In this document: positions 1 through 10,068 of the stretch, one piece after another
How the letters are laid out: the number at the start of each line of letters is the position of its first letter
Numbering within the stretch: the first letter of the stretch is position 1
Origin: a bacterium
Lineage (GTDB): Bacteria > Bdellovibrionota_C > UBA2361 > CALJRW01
NCBI GenBank assembly: GCA_031385045.1
Contig: JANNBC010000052.1
Coordinates: forward strand, 117,359-181,358
Reading direction: 5' to 3'
DNA length: 64,000 nucleotides
The notes under the pieces: model-generated
The model's database searches: none
What the model was told of the DNA's origin: nothing
The model's input: only the letters and a program-made list of their open reading frames with translations
Position numbers and translations under genes: made by a program

Positions 1-2
1 GC

Positions 3-608
3 GTTCATTTTATTTTCATTTCAACCGGTGCTGTATACGGGGAAGCCACGGACACTTCAAGTAATGAAAAGTGTCGACCAACTCCGAAAGGGAGATATGC
101 CTGTGAAAAATTATTTGCAGAGAATATTATTAGAGAATTTTCAGAAAAAACAGGACTCGCTTATACAATTTTAAGAGTTTCTAATCTTTATGGATTTTCC
201 TCTCCAAGTATTAGGCAGCAAGGTATTGTGCCTAAGTTAATAGCAAATGGAATAAACTCTCAGAAAATTACTGTTTGGGGGAATGGTGATGCACGGAAGG
301 ATTATCTACATATCCATGATTTTACATCAGCTCTAAAGCAGATCATTACCAAGAAATTAGTAGGCACTTTTAATATTTCCTATGGTAATTCATTCAAACT
401 AAGTGATTTAATCTGCAAAGTCGAAGATCTCTTATCTAAAAAAATTATCATTGATTACTGTCCGGCGATGCCTTGGGATATTCTTGATAATCGAATTGAT
501 AATCAGATGTTTTGCGATCAGGCAGAGTGGATGCCATTAGTTACTCTTGATGAGGGACTGATTCAAACTTTTGGCTTACTAAATGAGTTAGAACAGCAAG
601 TCTTATGA
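3..608 (+). CDS. NAD-dependent epimerase/dehydratase (extended SDR), 5'-truncated by the window
   Basis: The frame is open from base 3 (VHFIFISTGAVYGE...YACEK...LRVSNLYG) and continues into the tracked ORF 228-608 (WGNGDARKDYLHIHD). YxxxK catalytic motif present. Confidence 0.85.
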   Translation, partial: VHFIFISTGAVYGEATDTSSNEKCRPTPKGRYACEKLFAENIIREFSEKTGLAYTILRVSNLYGFSSPSIRQQGIVPKLIANGINSQKITVWGNGDARKDYLHIHDFTSALKQIITKKLVGTFNISYGNSFKLSDLICKVEDLLSKKIIIDYCPAMPWDILDNRIDNQMFCDQAEWMPLVTLDEGLIQTFGLLNELEQQVL

Positions 609-2038
609 CAATTGATTTGAAGCAGAAGCACGTCCTGCTTGTTGTTCACCAGTTTTTTCCTAAATTTCGTTATGGAACCGAAAAATATACCCTCGATCTG
701 GCGCATGGTTTAAAAGAGCTCAGCTATCAAGTTACAGTTTTAACAATGTCTGACAATCAAGATGCCGGTAATGTGGCACCCTATACTTCATATCAATACG
801 AAGGAATTAATGTTATTGCAATTAATCACGTAGAACAGCCGCTATCTAGATTTGGGCAGAGCTACACCAGAAGTAGTTTTCACCATCTTTACCGAGAAAT
901 TTTAAGAGAGCTAAAGCCAGACATTATTCATTGTTGTCATTTGCTGAATCACTCTTTAGCCTTTTTAGATGTTGCCAAGTTTTTTGGTGTACCAATTGTT
1001 AAAAGTTTAACTGATTTTTGGTTAATCTGTTGGACAGGGCAATTGATTACACATGGAGATAATAAAAATTGTTCTGGCCCAGGAAAAAATTCAGTAAACT
1101 GTGTTGATGATTTTTTTAATCGTAAAAATATTTATAGTAATTCTAAGTTTTTTAAATGGCTTCTAGAATTGACCTTTGAGACTTCTTTTAGAAAAACTCT
1201 ATTACAATTTGTTTCCTTATTCCCCAAAAATCTACGGGAACACTTAATGCCTGGTTATGACGAAATTAAATTTAGAAATAATTTGATTAAAGCTCACGTG
1301 GAGTGCGTTCAGAAGTTTTTAGTTCCGACTAAATTTATGGCGGAAAGATTTACTAGCGAAAATTATCCTAGTGAAAAATTAATTAGTCTAAGTTTCGGCA
1401 TTTCTCAACCAAGTGATTCTGAAATAAAGGCTCTAGCTAGTAGATTTGAACTTAGTAACTTGGCAGAAAGAAGCTTGCGGGTAGGCTTTATTGGACAGCT
1501 GATGCCACACAAAGGGGCGGACTTACTGATTCGAGCTTTTAAAAAGATTACAGCTCCGCAGATCTCTTTAGTAATTTATGGGGATTTAGCCATGAGTTCC
1601 AGTTATTCAGAATTGTTAAAGCAGCTAGTGGCTGAAGATGCCCGAATTTCATTTGCTGGAACATTTAACCATGATCATATCTATCAGATTTTAAGCGAAA
1701 TAGATTTATTGGTGATTCCATCTATTTGGCAGGAGAATTCTCCACTTGTCTTATTAAATGCCTTAGCCTCCAAAACGCCTGTTGCTATATCTAATGCCAA
1801 AGGAATGACGGAATTCGTGGAAGAGGGGCGACAAGGTTTTATTTTTGAAATGGGGGATATCGAGGGAATTTATAAAATCTTAAATTCTGCTTTAGAAAAT
1901 CCCGAGCTACTTGATCAATTAGCAAATAGTCATCCGGGGTATCCGATTTCCAAACTGGAATACACAAAGTCAGTTGCTACCATTTATGAAGAGCTACTCA
2001 TTAGTCATGATGAGCAAGATAGTGCACAAAGCCACTAG
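605..2038 (+). CDS. Glycosyltransferase family 4 (GT-B)
   Basis: N-terminal FFPKFRYGTE, GFIGQLMPHKG, and PSIWQENSPLVLLNALA (ExF/ExxA-like region). Confidence 0.85.
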   Translation: MTIDLKQKHVLLVVHQFFPKFRYGTEKYTLDLAHGLKELSYQVTVLTMSDNQDAGNVAPYTSYQYEGINVIAINHVEQPLSRFGQSYTRSSFHHLYREILRELKPDIIHCCHLLNHSLAFLDVAKFFGVPIVKSLTDFWLICWTGQLITHGDNKNCSGPGKNSVNCVDDFFNRKNIYSNSKFFKWLLELTFETSFRKTLLQFVSLFPKNLREHLMPGYDEIKFRNNLIKAHVECVQKFLVPTKFMAERFTSENYPSEKLISLSFGISQPSDSEIKALASRFELSNLAERSLRVGFIGQLMPHKGADLLIRAFKKITAPQISLVIYGDLAMSSSYSELLKQLVAEDARISFAGTFNHDHIYQILSEIDLLVIPSIWQENSPLVLLNALASKTPVAISNAKGMTEFVEEGRQGFIFEMGDIEGIYKILNSALENPELLDQLANSHPGYPISKLEYTKSVATIYEELLISHDEQDSAQSH

Positions 2039-3602
2039 CGTATTGGCCATTAGATACAGCTCTCCCGATCTCCGGGCTTGATTCTAGGTATTTAGTTTCA
2101 TTAAATTTAGGTCCCGGTAGTAAGCCTTGCTGTAATCCAATTTTTAAAAAATGCTCAAAAGGACTGGCAAGAGATTGTTCTCTAATCTCTCGTTGTACAT
2201 GACCATATTCTTTTAGATACCATTGCTGATCAAAATATCTATTTGGGGAATAATCTAGATTTACTCCAACTGAAACAAAATGCTGAGCGCCACAAATAAA
2301 AGTTTTTGATTTTAAAAAACTATTTAGATCTTTATTTGTTTTTCGATACCATTTTTCATCAAAGAGTATGTTAGGACTGCGATCTTCACTTACTCCAATT
2401 TTTATATAGTGCTCAAAGGCATTTTTAAATTGATTATTCTGGATAGCAGGTAGGACATCTTGGTATTTATTTAAATACCAAGCTTCTTCAAAGTAAAATT
2501 CACTAGGTAAGAAATCCGTCCATTCTTCATGGTTTCTGAGGTATGGTTTGATAAATTGATTAGAATTTAAAATAAAATTATTTTTATTTTTTAAATAAAG
2601 TGGGTGGCGATCAATAAAACTAGAAGGCGAAAGATTTTTTTTAGCGCCAATATTTAAAAAGTGTTGTAAGGGAGTATCAATATTAAAAGCATTCATTTCC
2701 AGCTGAACTTCAGGATACTTAGAGCAGTACCATTTGGAATCAAATAGCTGTGAAGAACGACGACCTTCATAGGAGCCAAACTTTATAAAATGGTTAATGC
2801 CACAAGGCATCACACCTTCGTTAATAGCCCGCCTAACATCGGGGTATGTTTTTTTGTACCATTTCTCTTTAAAAAGAAAATTGGTATCTCGTCCTTCTTT
2901 CATTCCAATTTTGAAATAATGATCTAAGCCATCAATAAATAACCCAGCATTGATTTTTTTTTGAATATCGGGGTAATTCTTAAGGTAGCAAATTTCATTA
3001 AATGCAAAATCAGCAGCTATGACATTGTTATAGGATAACTCTTGTTTATCTTTCTCTGCTAAGTAATGAGAAAAAAGAGAGGGGTATTTTCCTGAATTAA
3101 TTTCTTTTAAGGCATCGGGATAAATACTTAGATATTTTTGATTGTCAAAATTCGGTCCTGGGTTATAGCCTAAATTAAAGCCAGATAGGACAAAATGCTC
3201 ATAGGCATTTTTAAAGATTCCTTGCTTAATGTTTTCTGCGACCTGAGGGTATTGATTTAAGTACCAAGTGGGATCAAAAAACTCGGAAGTGGCTCTTAAT
3301 TCTGTTGCTCCAAAATGAAAGTAATGCTCGGCTCCACTGATAAAATCCTTTTTTTTGATTGCCTGAGCTACATCTGGATTCTGATTTAGATACCAGCGCT
3401 CATTAAAAAAGCGATTGGGGTTATAATGTTTCTTTAAGCCTTTAAAAAAATAGTGTTCATAAATAGATTGAGCAGAAGTATCCTGAATTTCATCCTGAAC
3501 AGTTGGATAGTTATTTAAATACCACTCCGAATCAAAATAGATCTGATCTATTAAATCATAATTAGACACCAAATCTGCTACTTTTCTCTTAGTCTTAAAC
3601 AT
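2001..3602 (-). CDS. Tandem-repeat protein with about 11 FDxxWYLxxYPDV...EHY..G..E.R repeats
   Basis: Repeats are visible in the translation. The 3' end overlaps the GT4 gene convergently. Confidence 0.8.
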   Translation of the reverse strand: MFKTKRKVADLVSNYDLIDQIYFDSEWYLNNYPTVQDEIQDTSAQSIYEHYFFKGLKKHYNPNRFFNERWYLNQNPDVAQAIKKKDFISGAEHYFHFGATELRATSEFFDPTWYLNQYPQVAENIKQGIFKNAYEHFVLSGFNLGYNPGPNFDNQKYLSIYPDALKEINSGKYPSLFSHYLAEKDKQELSYNNVIAADFAFNEICYLKNYPDIQKKINAGLFIDGLDHYFKIGMKEGRDTNFLFKEKWYKKTYPDVRRAINEGVMPCGINHFIKFGSYEGRRSSQLFDSKWYCSKYPEVQLEMNAFNIDTPLQHFLNIGAKKNLSPSSFIDRHPLYLKNKNNFILNSNQFIKPYLRNHEEWTDFLPSEFYFEEAWYLNKYQDVLPAIQNNQFKNAFEHYIKIGVSEDRSPNILFDEKWYRKTNKDLNSFLKSKTFICGAQHFVSVGVNLDYSPNRYFDQQWYLKEYGHVQREIREQSLASPFEHFLKIGLQQGLLPGPKFNETKYLESSPEIGRAVSNGQYASGFVHYLAHHD

Positions 3603-3731
3603 TCTAGCTTAACATACTATCTAGAGATCTATTTGTCAGTAAAAACTAACTTTTAGTAAATTGTAATGATTATTTTTTCTAAACGGTATAGACTTTCGAC
3701 GCTTTATTATTTCTTACCTTAGTTTTAATTT

Positions 3732-4799
3732 ATGATTCAACAAACACAACTAAACTCCCCAGATAGTAATGAAATTATTAAATCAGCTATTAATTTAGCT
3801 GTAGATTTTTTAGAACAAAGACAGCGTCCTTCAGGCGGGTTTCAAACATTCCTTGTTCCTCACATTTCAACTGGCGTACCTCCGATGGATGATTACTCGC
3901 CATTTCCAGCAGCCTTAATGGCACATTGTTTAAAATTCGTAGAATCAGATCAGTCAAAAGAAATCTTAGCAAAGTTAATTTCATTTTTAAAAGCAGAAAT
4001 GGATCCTAGAGGAGTTTGGCGTTATTTTGCTTCCGAACATCCTAGATATTTAGATTCACCATTTGATCTAGATGACACAGCTACCTCTTACGCAATACTG
4101 CGAGATAATAAGCAAGCGCTACCTAATAATAAAAAACTAGCCTTAGCTAATAGAAATAAAGCAGGCTTATTTTATACTTGGATGGTTCCACGTAAAGAAT
4201 TTATTACTTCCCCGGGTGCTTGGACTTATGCTCTGCAAGAGTTGAAAGATCTAAAAAGAATTAAACAATTCTTTGCCGTCAACGAGTCTGCTTTAAATGA
4301 TGTTGACTCAGTTGTTAATGCCAATGTCTTGTACATGCTTGGCAAAAGTAAATACAATCAGCCGGTTGTGGATTATTTAGTAGAGATAGTTCGAAGTAAC
4401 CAAGAAGAAACTTCTGATAAGTGGCACCATAGTAAATTTAATTTATATTATTTTATCTCTAGAAATGCTTTTGCTGGCATTGAATCTTTCTCGACAATTA
4501 AAGATGAAATTTGGAATAAAATAAAACAGGAAGCTACCATCGATGGCCTAATTGGTGATAGTGTTTTAACAACTGCACTGGCCATTAATACTTTAATCAA
4601 TTTTAATCTTGATTCTGAATTAATCGATCTGGGAATTTTAGCAATACTGAAAGGGCAAAACGAGTCTGGAGCTTGGGATTTTCAACCGCTCTATTATGGT
4701 GGCCCAAGTAAAGGATGTAGCTTTGGATCGGAGGAGCTAACAACGGCTTATTGTGTAGAAGCCCTATCTCGTTATAAAAAATTAAGACTGGCTGCTTAA
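3732..4799 (+). CDS. Single-domain class II terpene cyclase / squalene-hopene cyclase-like alpha-barrel protein
   Basis: DLDDTA (DxDD) motif and QW-like repeats RQRPSGGF and GQNESGAW. Confidence 0.65.
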   Translation: MIQQTQLNSPDSNEIIKSAINLAVDFLEQRQRPSGGFQTFLVPHISTGVPPMDDYSPFPAALMAHCLKFVESDQSKEILAKLISFLKAEMDPRGVWRYFASEHPRYLDSPFDLDDTATSYAILRDNKQALPNNKKLALANRNKAGLFYTWMVPRKEFITSPGAWTYALQELKDLKRIKQFFAVNESALNDVDSVVNANVLYMLGKSKYNQPVVDYLVEIVRSNQEETSDKWHHSKFNLYYFISRNAFAGIESFSTIKDEIWNKIKQEATIDGLIGDSVLTTALAINTLINFNLDSELIDLGILAILKGQNESGAWDFQPLYYGGPSKGCSFGSEELTTAYCVEALSRYKKLRLAA

Positions 4800-4800
4800 T

Positions 4801-5874
4801 ATGTCATTACTAAAGAGTGTTTGGCATTTAATTCGTGCGCACCATTGGTGGAACTATAAATTACCCTTAGCACTGATGGCGGCTTATGCATACGCCTCCA
4901 AAGAAAATATTTCTTTTAATACGATCATCTTTCCATCCTTGATTATTTTATTCTTAGGTTTTATTGCCGCAACATATGCCAGTCTAGTTAATGATTTTAT
5001 GGATTATGAGCAGGATCTTTTCTCAGGTAAAGAAACTCAGTTGATGAAGATTAAGCGGTCTAATCATTGGATAGTTTTTGCTACCTCTTTAATACTATCT
5101 ATTTATGCTGGGTATTTAATTCGTGCTTACCCAATCTCGCTTTTATGCTTTGCTACTATTATTTTAAACTTTTCACTTTATTCAATTCCACCATTTAGAC
5201 TAAAAGAAAAGGGGATCTGGGGGGTTATCTCAATTGCCCTGGGAGAACATTTTTTACCAGCATTACTGGCAATATTAATTATTAAAGAAGCGACTCACTC
5301 TCAGTCTTCGACAGTCTGGGTATTCTTCATGTTACTCTGGGCATTCACTTTTGGTATTAGAGGGATTCTTTGGCATCAACTAATGGATGAAAAAACAGAT
5401 CAGCTTGCAGGTTGTAATACAGCACTTGCATCTAACGAAAAGACGAAACTCTTAAAAATTGGGAGATTTATTATTTTCCCATTAGAATTAATTTCTTTTT
5501 TATATCTACTGACATCATCGGCAAGTTATCTAGCTTGGTTCTTTTTTATCTTTTATCTCCTGCTGGAGCTAATGAGGTATAAGTTTATGTCAGCTAATAT
5601 TATGATCTTAGCACCACTGCCCAATGCTAGGTTTTTCTTATTTGAATATTATCAAATATTTTTCCCATTATCTTTACTCTTAGCCTCTCTCTGGACTACT
5701 CCAAGTGCCATAATTTTGATCATCGCTTTTGTGCTGTTATTTTTCTCTCCAGTCTTTCAAGTTTATCATCATTGCCAGCATTTCTGGATGACTAAGGCTA
5801 GTTGGATTTATGTTCTTAGATTAAGTATTACTTCGAATAAGTTTTATCAGGGCATCCACAATTTTTTTAAATAA
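4801..5874 (+). CDS. UbiA-family membrane prenyltransferase
   Basis: NDFMDYEQD first Asp-rich motif, YSIPPFRLK, second motif QLMDEKTD, many TM helices. Confidence 0.8.
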   Translation: MSLLKSVWHLIRAHHWWNYKLPLALMAAYAYASKENISFNTIIFPSLIILFLGFIAATYASLVNDFMDYEQDLFSGKETQLMKIKRSNHWIVFATSLILSIYAGYLIRAYPISLLCFATIILNFSLYSIPPFRLKEKGIWGVISIALGEHFLPALLAILIIKEATHSQSSTVWVFFMLLWAFTFGIRGILWHQLMDEKTDQLAGCNTALASNEKTKLLKIGRFIIFPLELISFLYLLTSSASYLAWFFFIFYLLLELMRYKFMSANIMILAPLPNARFFLFEYYQIFFPLSLLLASLWTTPSAIILIIAFVLLFFSPVFQVYHHCQHFWMTKASWIYVLRLSITSNKFYQGIHNFFK

Positions 5875-5910
5875 TATATCTAATATATTACCCTCTGGGA
5901 GTTACCAATC

Positions 5911-7461
5911 ATGACAAAAATTAAAGTTGTTTTAATCGTTTTATTATTTATGGTAATCCCAAGTCTTTTCTGGCTAGCCATGGATTCTCGTAATCCATAT
6001 TGGGATCAATCGTATCATGCCTTAAGTGCTTTAAAGTATTACCGGCTAATTACTGAGCAACCAATCTGGGAAGTTATCAAAAACTTTCTTACTGTTGAAG
6101 GTTATTTCCCACCATTTTATTATCTTTCTAGTTTGCCATTTATTGCCCTATTTGGTTTTTCTGAAGATTCAATTGTTTATACGAATTTCCTTTATGCCTT
6201 ATTACTAGGCTTTAGTGTCTTTAGTATTTCTAGAAAGTTTACTGACGAGCTTGGAGCTTACACTTCCGTTGCACTAGTTTTTCTTGCGCCAATGCTACTT
6301 CATTTGTCTCAGCAGTTCATGTTAGATTTTCCACTTACTGCAATGATTGCCTTTGCCCACGCCTTACTTTTAAATGAAAAAGTAGTGACTCATAAAAGGT
6401 TTGAGTATTTTTTTGGGGCACTTCTAGGATGTCTACTCCTTCTTAAATGGACAGCATTAGCCTATGTTCTACCATGTATGATCTATGTCCTGATTTTCAG
6501 ATCAGGGAAGGGTAGTAAGTTTTTAAGCTTACTTAAGATTGGTATAGCATGTTTGCTTATTGCCATGCCTTGGTATGCAATGAATTTTGAAAGACTCTCA
6601 GGTGGAATTCTAAATGCGCTTAACTCTGGAGTTTTAGAAAAAGAATCTAATGATTTTTGGGTTTCGCTGATGACTTATTTGGTGCAAATAGGCACCCTCT
6701 GTATATCGAAACCCTTACTATATCTATATTTTTTAGGTTGGTTATTGTTTTTAGTCTATCGACCTTCCAAAGAGGCACTCTTTTATCTGTTGCTTTGGAT
6801 CTTGCCAGCATTTATTTGTTTCCTAATTATTACCAATAAAGACATTCGTTTTATGATACCAATCCTTCCTCCAATTTTAATAATGGGGGTTATTGGAATA
6901 TCAAGAATTCCATTTCTTACTATTCGTAAAATTGTTTGTCTACTGATGGTCACCATCGGCTCTTGGCAAATTTATGCATTTTTATTTCAAGGAGCAACAA
7001 GTAGAGCTGAAAATCCATATTTGATGACGATGCATTACAGCACGCAGAAGTGGGACTACTCAGGAGTCTTACAAGTGATTAGTAAGGATATTACCTCGGG
7101 TCGTAAATTAACCGGAGTAATTGTTGAGCATGAAGAGTTTAATCCCAACTCGGGTAAGCTATACGCCTGTTGGAACCAAATGCCATTTGATGTTGAAGGA
7201 TTTAGTCTTTGGGGCCCAGTTGACTTAATAACTTTAAGTAAATTTGATTATTTAATTGTAAAGTCGGGAAGAATCTTTCCAGCCTTTAGTGATGGGTCTC
7301 GTGAAAAACTAGTAGAGCGAATTCAAAAAGAGGGAGCAGGGTTTCTTGGGTTTCAAGAGTTAGGTCGGAGGAGTATGCCGGATGGGTCTGTGGTGTTGAT
7401 ACTTAAGAGGGAGGTGGTTGTAGTTCCGGAGGTTGATCAGCTTGTACTTGATAATAGCTAG
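5911..7461 (+). CDS. ArnT/PMT-like (GT-C) membrane glycosyltransferase
   Basis: YWDQSYH in the first loop, PPFYY, LLKW, KDIRF; polytopic membrane protein. Confidence 0.7.
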   Translation: MTKIKVVLIVLLFMVIPSLFWLAMDSRNPYWDQSYHALSALKYYRLITEQPIWEVIKNFLTVEGYFPPFYYLSSLPFIALFGFSEDSIVYTNFLYALLLGFSVFSISRKFTDELGAYTSVALVFLAPMLLHLSQQFMLDFPLTAMIAFAHALLLNEKVVTHKRFEYFFGALLGCLLLLKWTALAYVLPCMIYVLIFRSGKGSKFLSLLKIGIACLLIAMPWYAMNFERLSGGILNALNSGVLEKESNDFWVSLMTYLVQIGTLCISKPLLYLYFLGWLLFLVYRPSKEALFYLLLWILPAFICFLIITNKDIRFMIPILPPILIMGVIGISRIPFLTIRKIVCLLMVTIGSWQIYAFLFQGATSRAENPYLMTMHYSTQKWDYSGVLQVISKDITSGRKLTGVIVEHEEFNPNSGKLYACWNQMPFDVEGFSLWGPVDLITLSKFDYLIVKSGRIFPAFSDGSREKLVERIQKEGAGFLGFQELGRRSMPDGSVVLILKREVVVVPEVDQLVLDNS

Positions 7462-7475
7462 AGGGTATTTCGATA

Positions 7476-7533
7476 GCCCTCCTACGCTTCCTCTTACGCT
7501 AAAGCTACAGAGGACAAGAAAGCTTCGGCGGGC
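7476..7533. repeat. Nested REP-like palindromic element
   Basis: gccctcctacgct[tcctcttacgctaaagctacagaggacaag]aaagcttcggcgggc: one GCTAAAGC hairpin unit inserted within another. Confidence 0.7.
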
Positions 7534-7591
7534 ATTTTCCCCTGTAGCTTTTTTTAGCTCATTTCATTCACTAAAAAAATCTGGGGGAAAA

Positions 7592-7665
7592 TGCGCCCGC
7601 CGCGATTCGAACACGGGACCCTCTGCTTAGAAGGCAGATGCTCTATCCAACTGAGCTACGAGCGC
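7592..7665 (-). tRNA. tRNA-Arg (anticodon TCT), CCA not encoded
   Basis: The reverse complement GCGCTCGTAGCTCAGTTGGATAGAGCATCTGCCTTCTAAGCAGAGGGTCCCGTGTTCGAATCGCGGCGGGCGCA folds as a cloverleaf with anticodon loop CTTCTAA. Confidence 0.95.
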
Positions 7666-7864
7666 ACAAATAAGGGTAAATAAGTGGTAATTAGGTAAAA
7701 ACTAATAATATTAGTAAGTTATTATTATCACACTTATGTAAAAAGTATATATAACAGTTAATTATTATTGGATCAATTCAAGGATTAGAATTGATAGGAC
7801 GATAGAATTGTATTCATGGATGAATCTGTTGTAATTAACTGTTGTTGTTTAATGCTGTATTTTA

Positions 7865-9562
7865 ATGGCTGATTCATCTCAAGCTGCACCAAAAGGAAAG
7901 ATTTTTGACTCCCGCTATCAAATTTTTGAGATAGTAGGTCGGGGTGCCAGCAGTGTTGTATATCGCGCCAAGCATGTTCTAAACGACGATAAAGAAATTG
8001 CCCTTAAAGTTTTACTGCCAAATAAAGGGAAAGAACATAACTCCGATTTATTACGTCACGAATCTTTAGCCTTAATTACTGCTCGCCATAAAAATGTTAT
8101 TCGCTTAGAAGATTTCCGCTCGGTCGATTCCATTTGTTATTTAGCAATGGAGTATGCCCCGGAAGCTAACTTAAGTGTTTACTTCCAAAAACATGAGTCA
8201 AAGATTCCAGTTGCTCAAGCCGAAAGATTTTTCTTACAGATTACCGAAGCCTTAGCTTTCCTTCATAATATTGGAATGTTGCACCGCGACATTAAGCCCG
8301 AAAATATTCTTGTTATTAATAATCGCCAAGTTCGTTTGTCAGATTTTGGAGTAGCAACTCTTCCTGGGCAAACTACAACTTCGGATGAACTACAGAAAGG
8401 TGTGGGGACTTTAGATTACATGGCTCCCGAGATTTTTAAAGGTGAAGCTTCTGGCCCAGGTTCTGATGTTTATTCCTTAGCTTTAACTTTTTATGAAATT
8501 TTCTCGGGGCATCATCCTTTTAAAAATTTATCTTTAGCACAAGCAATGGATGCCAGAGAGCAAATGGCCATTGCTCCGTTACATGTTATTAATAAAGAAA
8601 TTCCGGTTTATCTTTCCAAGGCAATTAGCATTGCTCTAGAAGTTGACTTAGAGAAGCGTTTTTACAATGCAATTGAGTTATTAAATTTTCTAAAAAATAA
8701 AGATCAAGGTGGGGAGGAGGAGGCTGTAGCTGATCCGCTAGGAGAGTTAGTGCAAGAAGTAAAAGCTGCTCCTGTACAAACCGTTGTAACTAGAAAAACA
8801 CCAACTGAAAAGATTCAAGTAAAGCTTGCTCCAGAGCCAATTGTGACTGTTACTGAGTCAGAAGAAGAAGCTGAAAGTTGGGATGATTATGATGAAGATC
8901 AATTCGCTGATTTAGAAGATCTGATAGTGGAACCAGAAGTTAAGACTGCTTCTGAATATGTAGAAGTGACTCCGCATGAAGTTGTGGAAGATTTTTATGA
9001 TGAGCTAGAAGATGAATCTCCTCAGGGTCATGCTGATCGAGATACTCCAGCTAATTTTAATGACTTTAATTATCAGCAACAGATCTTACACGATCGTAAA
9101 ACTCCACTTTGGCAGACCTTGTTGTTCTATGCGATTGCTATTGGTATTGGATATTTTGCCTACAATAGTTTCTTTGCTAATCCAGTAACTGAATCTGGAG
9201 AGGAACAAGTTGCGGAGTCCACCACTAGTACAACCGAAATGAACTTCCCATTGTTACCTGCTGGTATTTATTCTGGAGCAATTAATGGTTTAACTTCTGC
9301 GGGAGCTACACCTTTAACGCTTATTTCTCTTCCTAATAGTAATCAAATTGCAGTTTTAGTTGGTATCCCAGGATGGCAACCAGTGTTAATCGATGCTGAA
9401 ACCTTAGAAGCTAAGGAGGCTAGTGGTTTACTAAGTGTTAAATCAAATGGCATAGTTTTACATTTGCAAGGATCGGCTGTTGATGGAATAATCAGCGGTA
9501 CATATAAAAATAATACTAATAATACTGAAGGCACATGGTCGATCGCTCCAGCACAAAGTTAA
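7865..9562 (+). CDS. Hanks-type Ser/Thr protein kinase with acidic linker, TM helix and C-terminal external domain
   Basis: GRGASSVVY, ALK, HRDIKPEN, DFG, GTLDYMAPE motifs. Confidence 0.92.
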   Translation: MADSSQAAPKGKIFDSRYQIFEIVGRGASSVVYRAKHVLNDDKEIALKVLLPNKGKEHNSDLLRHESLALITARHKNVIRLEDFRSVDSICYLAMEYAPEANLSVYFQKHESKIPVAQAERFFLQITEALAFLHNIGMLHRDIKPENILVINNRQVRLSDFGVATLPGQTTTSDELQKGVGTLDYMAPEIFKGEASGPGSDVYSLALTFYEIFSGHHPFKNLSLAQAMDAREQMAIAPLHVINKEIPVYLSKAISIALEVDLEKRFYNAIELLNFLKNKDQGGEEEAVADPLGELVQEVKAAPVQTVVTRKTPTEKIQVKLAPEPIVTVTESEEEAESWDDYDEDQFADLEDLIVEPEVKTASEYVEVTPHEVVEDFYDELEDESPQGHADRDTPANFNDFNYQQQILHDRKTPLWQTLLFYAIAIGIGYFAYNSFFANPVTESGEEQVAESTTSTTEMNFPLLPAGIYSGAINGLTSAGATPLTLISLPNSNQIAVLVGIPGWQPVLIDAETLEAKEASGLLSVKSNGIVLHLQGSAVDGIISGTYKNNTNNTEGTWSIAPAQS

Positions 9563-10065
9563 TTTTAATTCTCGTCTTAATGTTTATCAGCAACACTGTG
9601 TTGGCTGATGTTCGTATCTTTAACTTAAATTCATACAAAGAACTCCCTTCCGCAGGACAAAGTATGGAATTGTTTTTTGAAGTAGAGGCTGCAGCTGAAG
9701 GCGAAGAATATTATTTATTATCAAACCTTGATGACCAATCTAGTATGTTGAGCCCCGCAATTAAGGAGCCAATAGATACTGGTATTAAACTTCGCTTTGA
9801 TTTACCAGCACCAATTTTAACTTTAAGTTATAGCTTAATTGTGAAGCGTGGCTTAGAAATAGTTGCCGGCAGTGATACAATTAAATTAGAGCGAGATTGC
9901 TTCCCAGTTTTAGGTGCTCCAACGGTAACAGTAGTTGATGCTACTAGTAGCGAACAGGCCGAGACTCTTTTTCGTCAGGCTAAAAAATTAGAAAATGATT
10001 TTGCTAATTATTCACAGATCTTTTTTCAATTAGATCACTTAAAAGGTGTTTTAGAAAAAGAATAA
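9535..10065 (+). CDS. Hypothetical exported protein
   Basis: Signal-peptide-like N terminus; operon-like spacing with neighbours. Confidence 0.6.
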   Translation: MVDRSSTKLILILVLMFISNTVLADVRIFNLNSYKELPSAGQSMELFFEVEAAAEGEEYYLLSNLDDQSSMLSPAIKEPIDTGIKLRFDLPAPILTLSYSLIVKRGLEIVAGSDTIKLERDCFPVLGAPTVTVVDATSSEQAETLFRQAKKLENDFANYSQIFFQLDHLKGVLEKE

Positions 10066-10068
10066 ACC

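Noticed and set aside
7433..7630. 65-aa ORF
   Set aside because: It runs through REP-like hairpins and antisense into tRNA-Arg; spurious.
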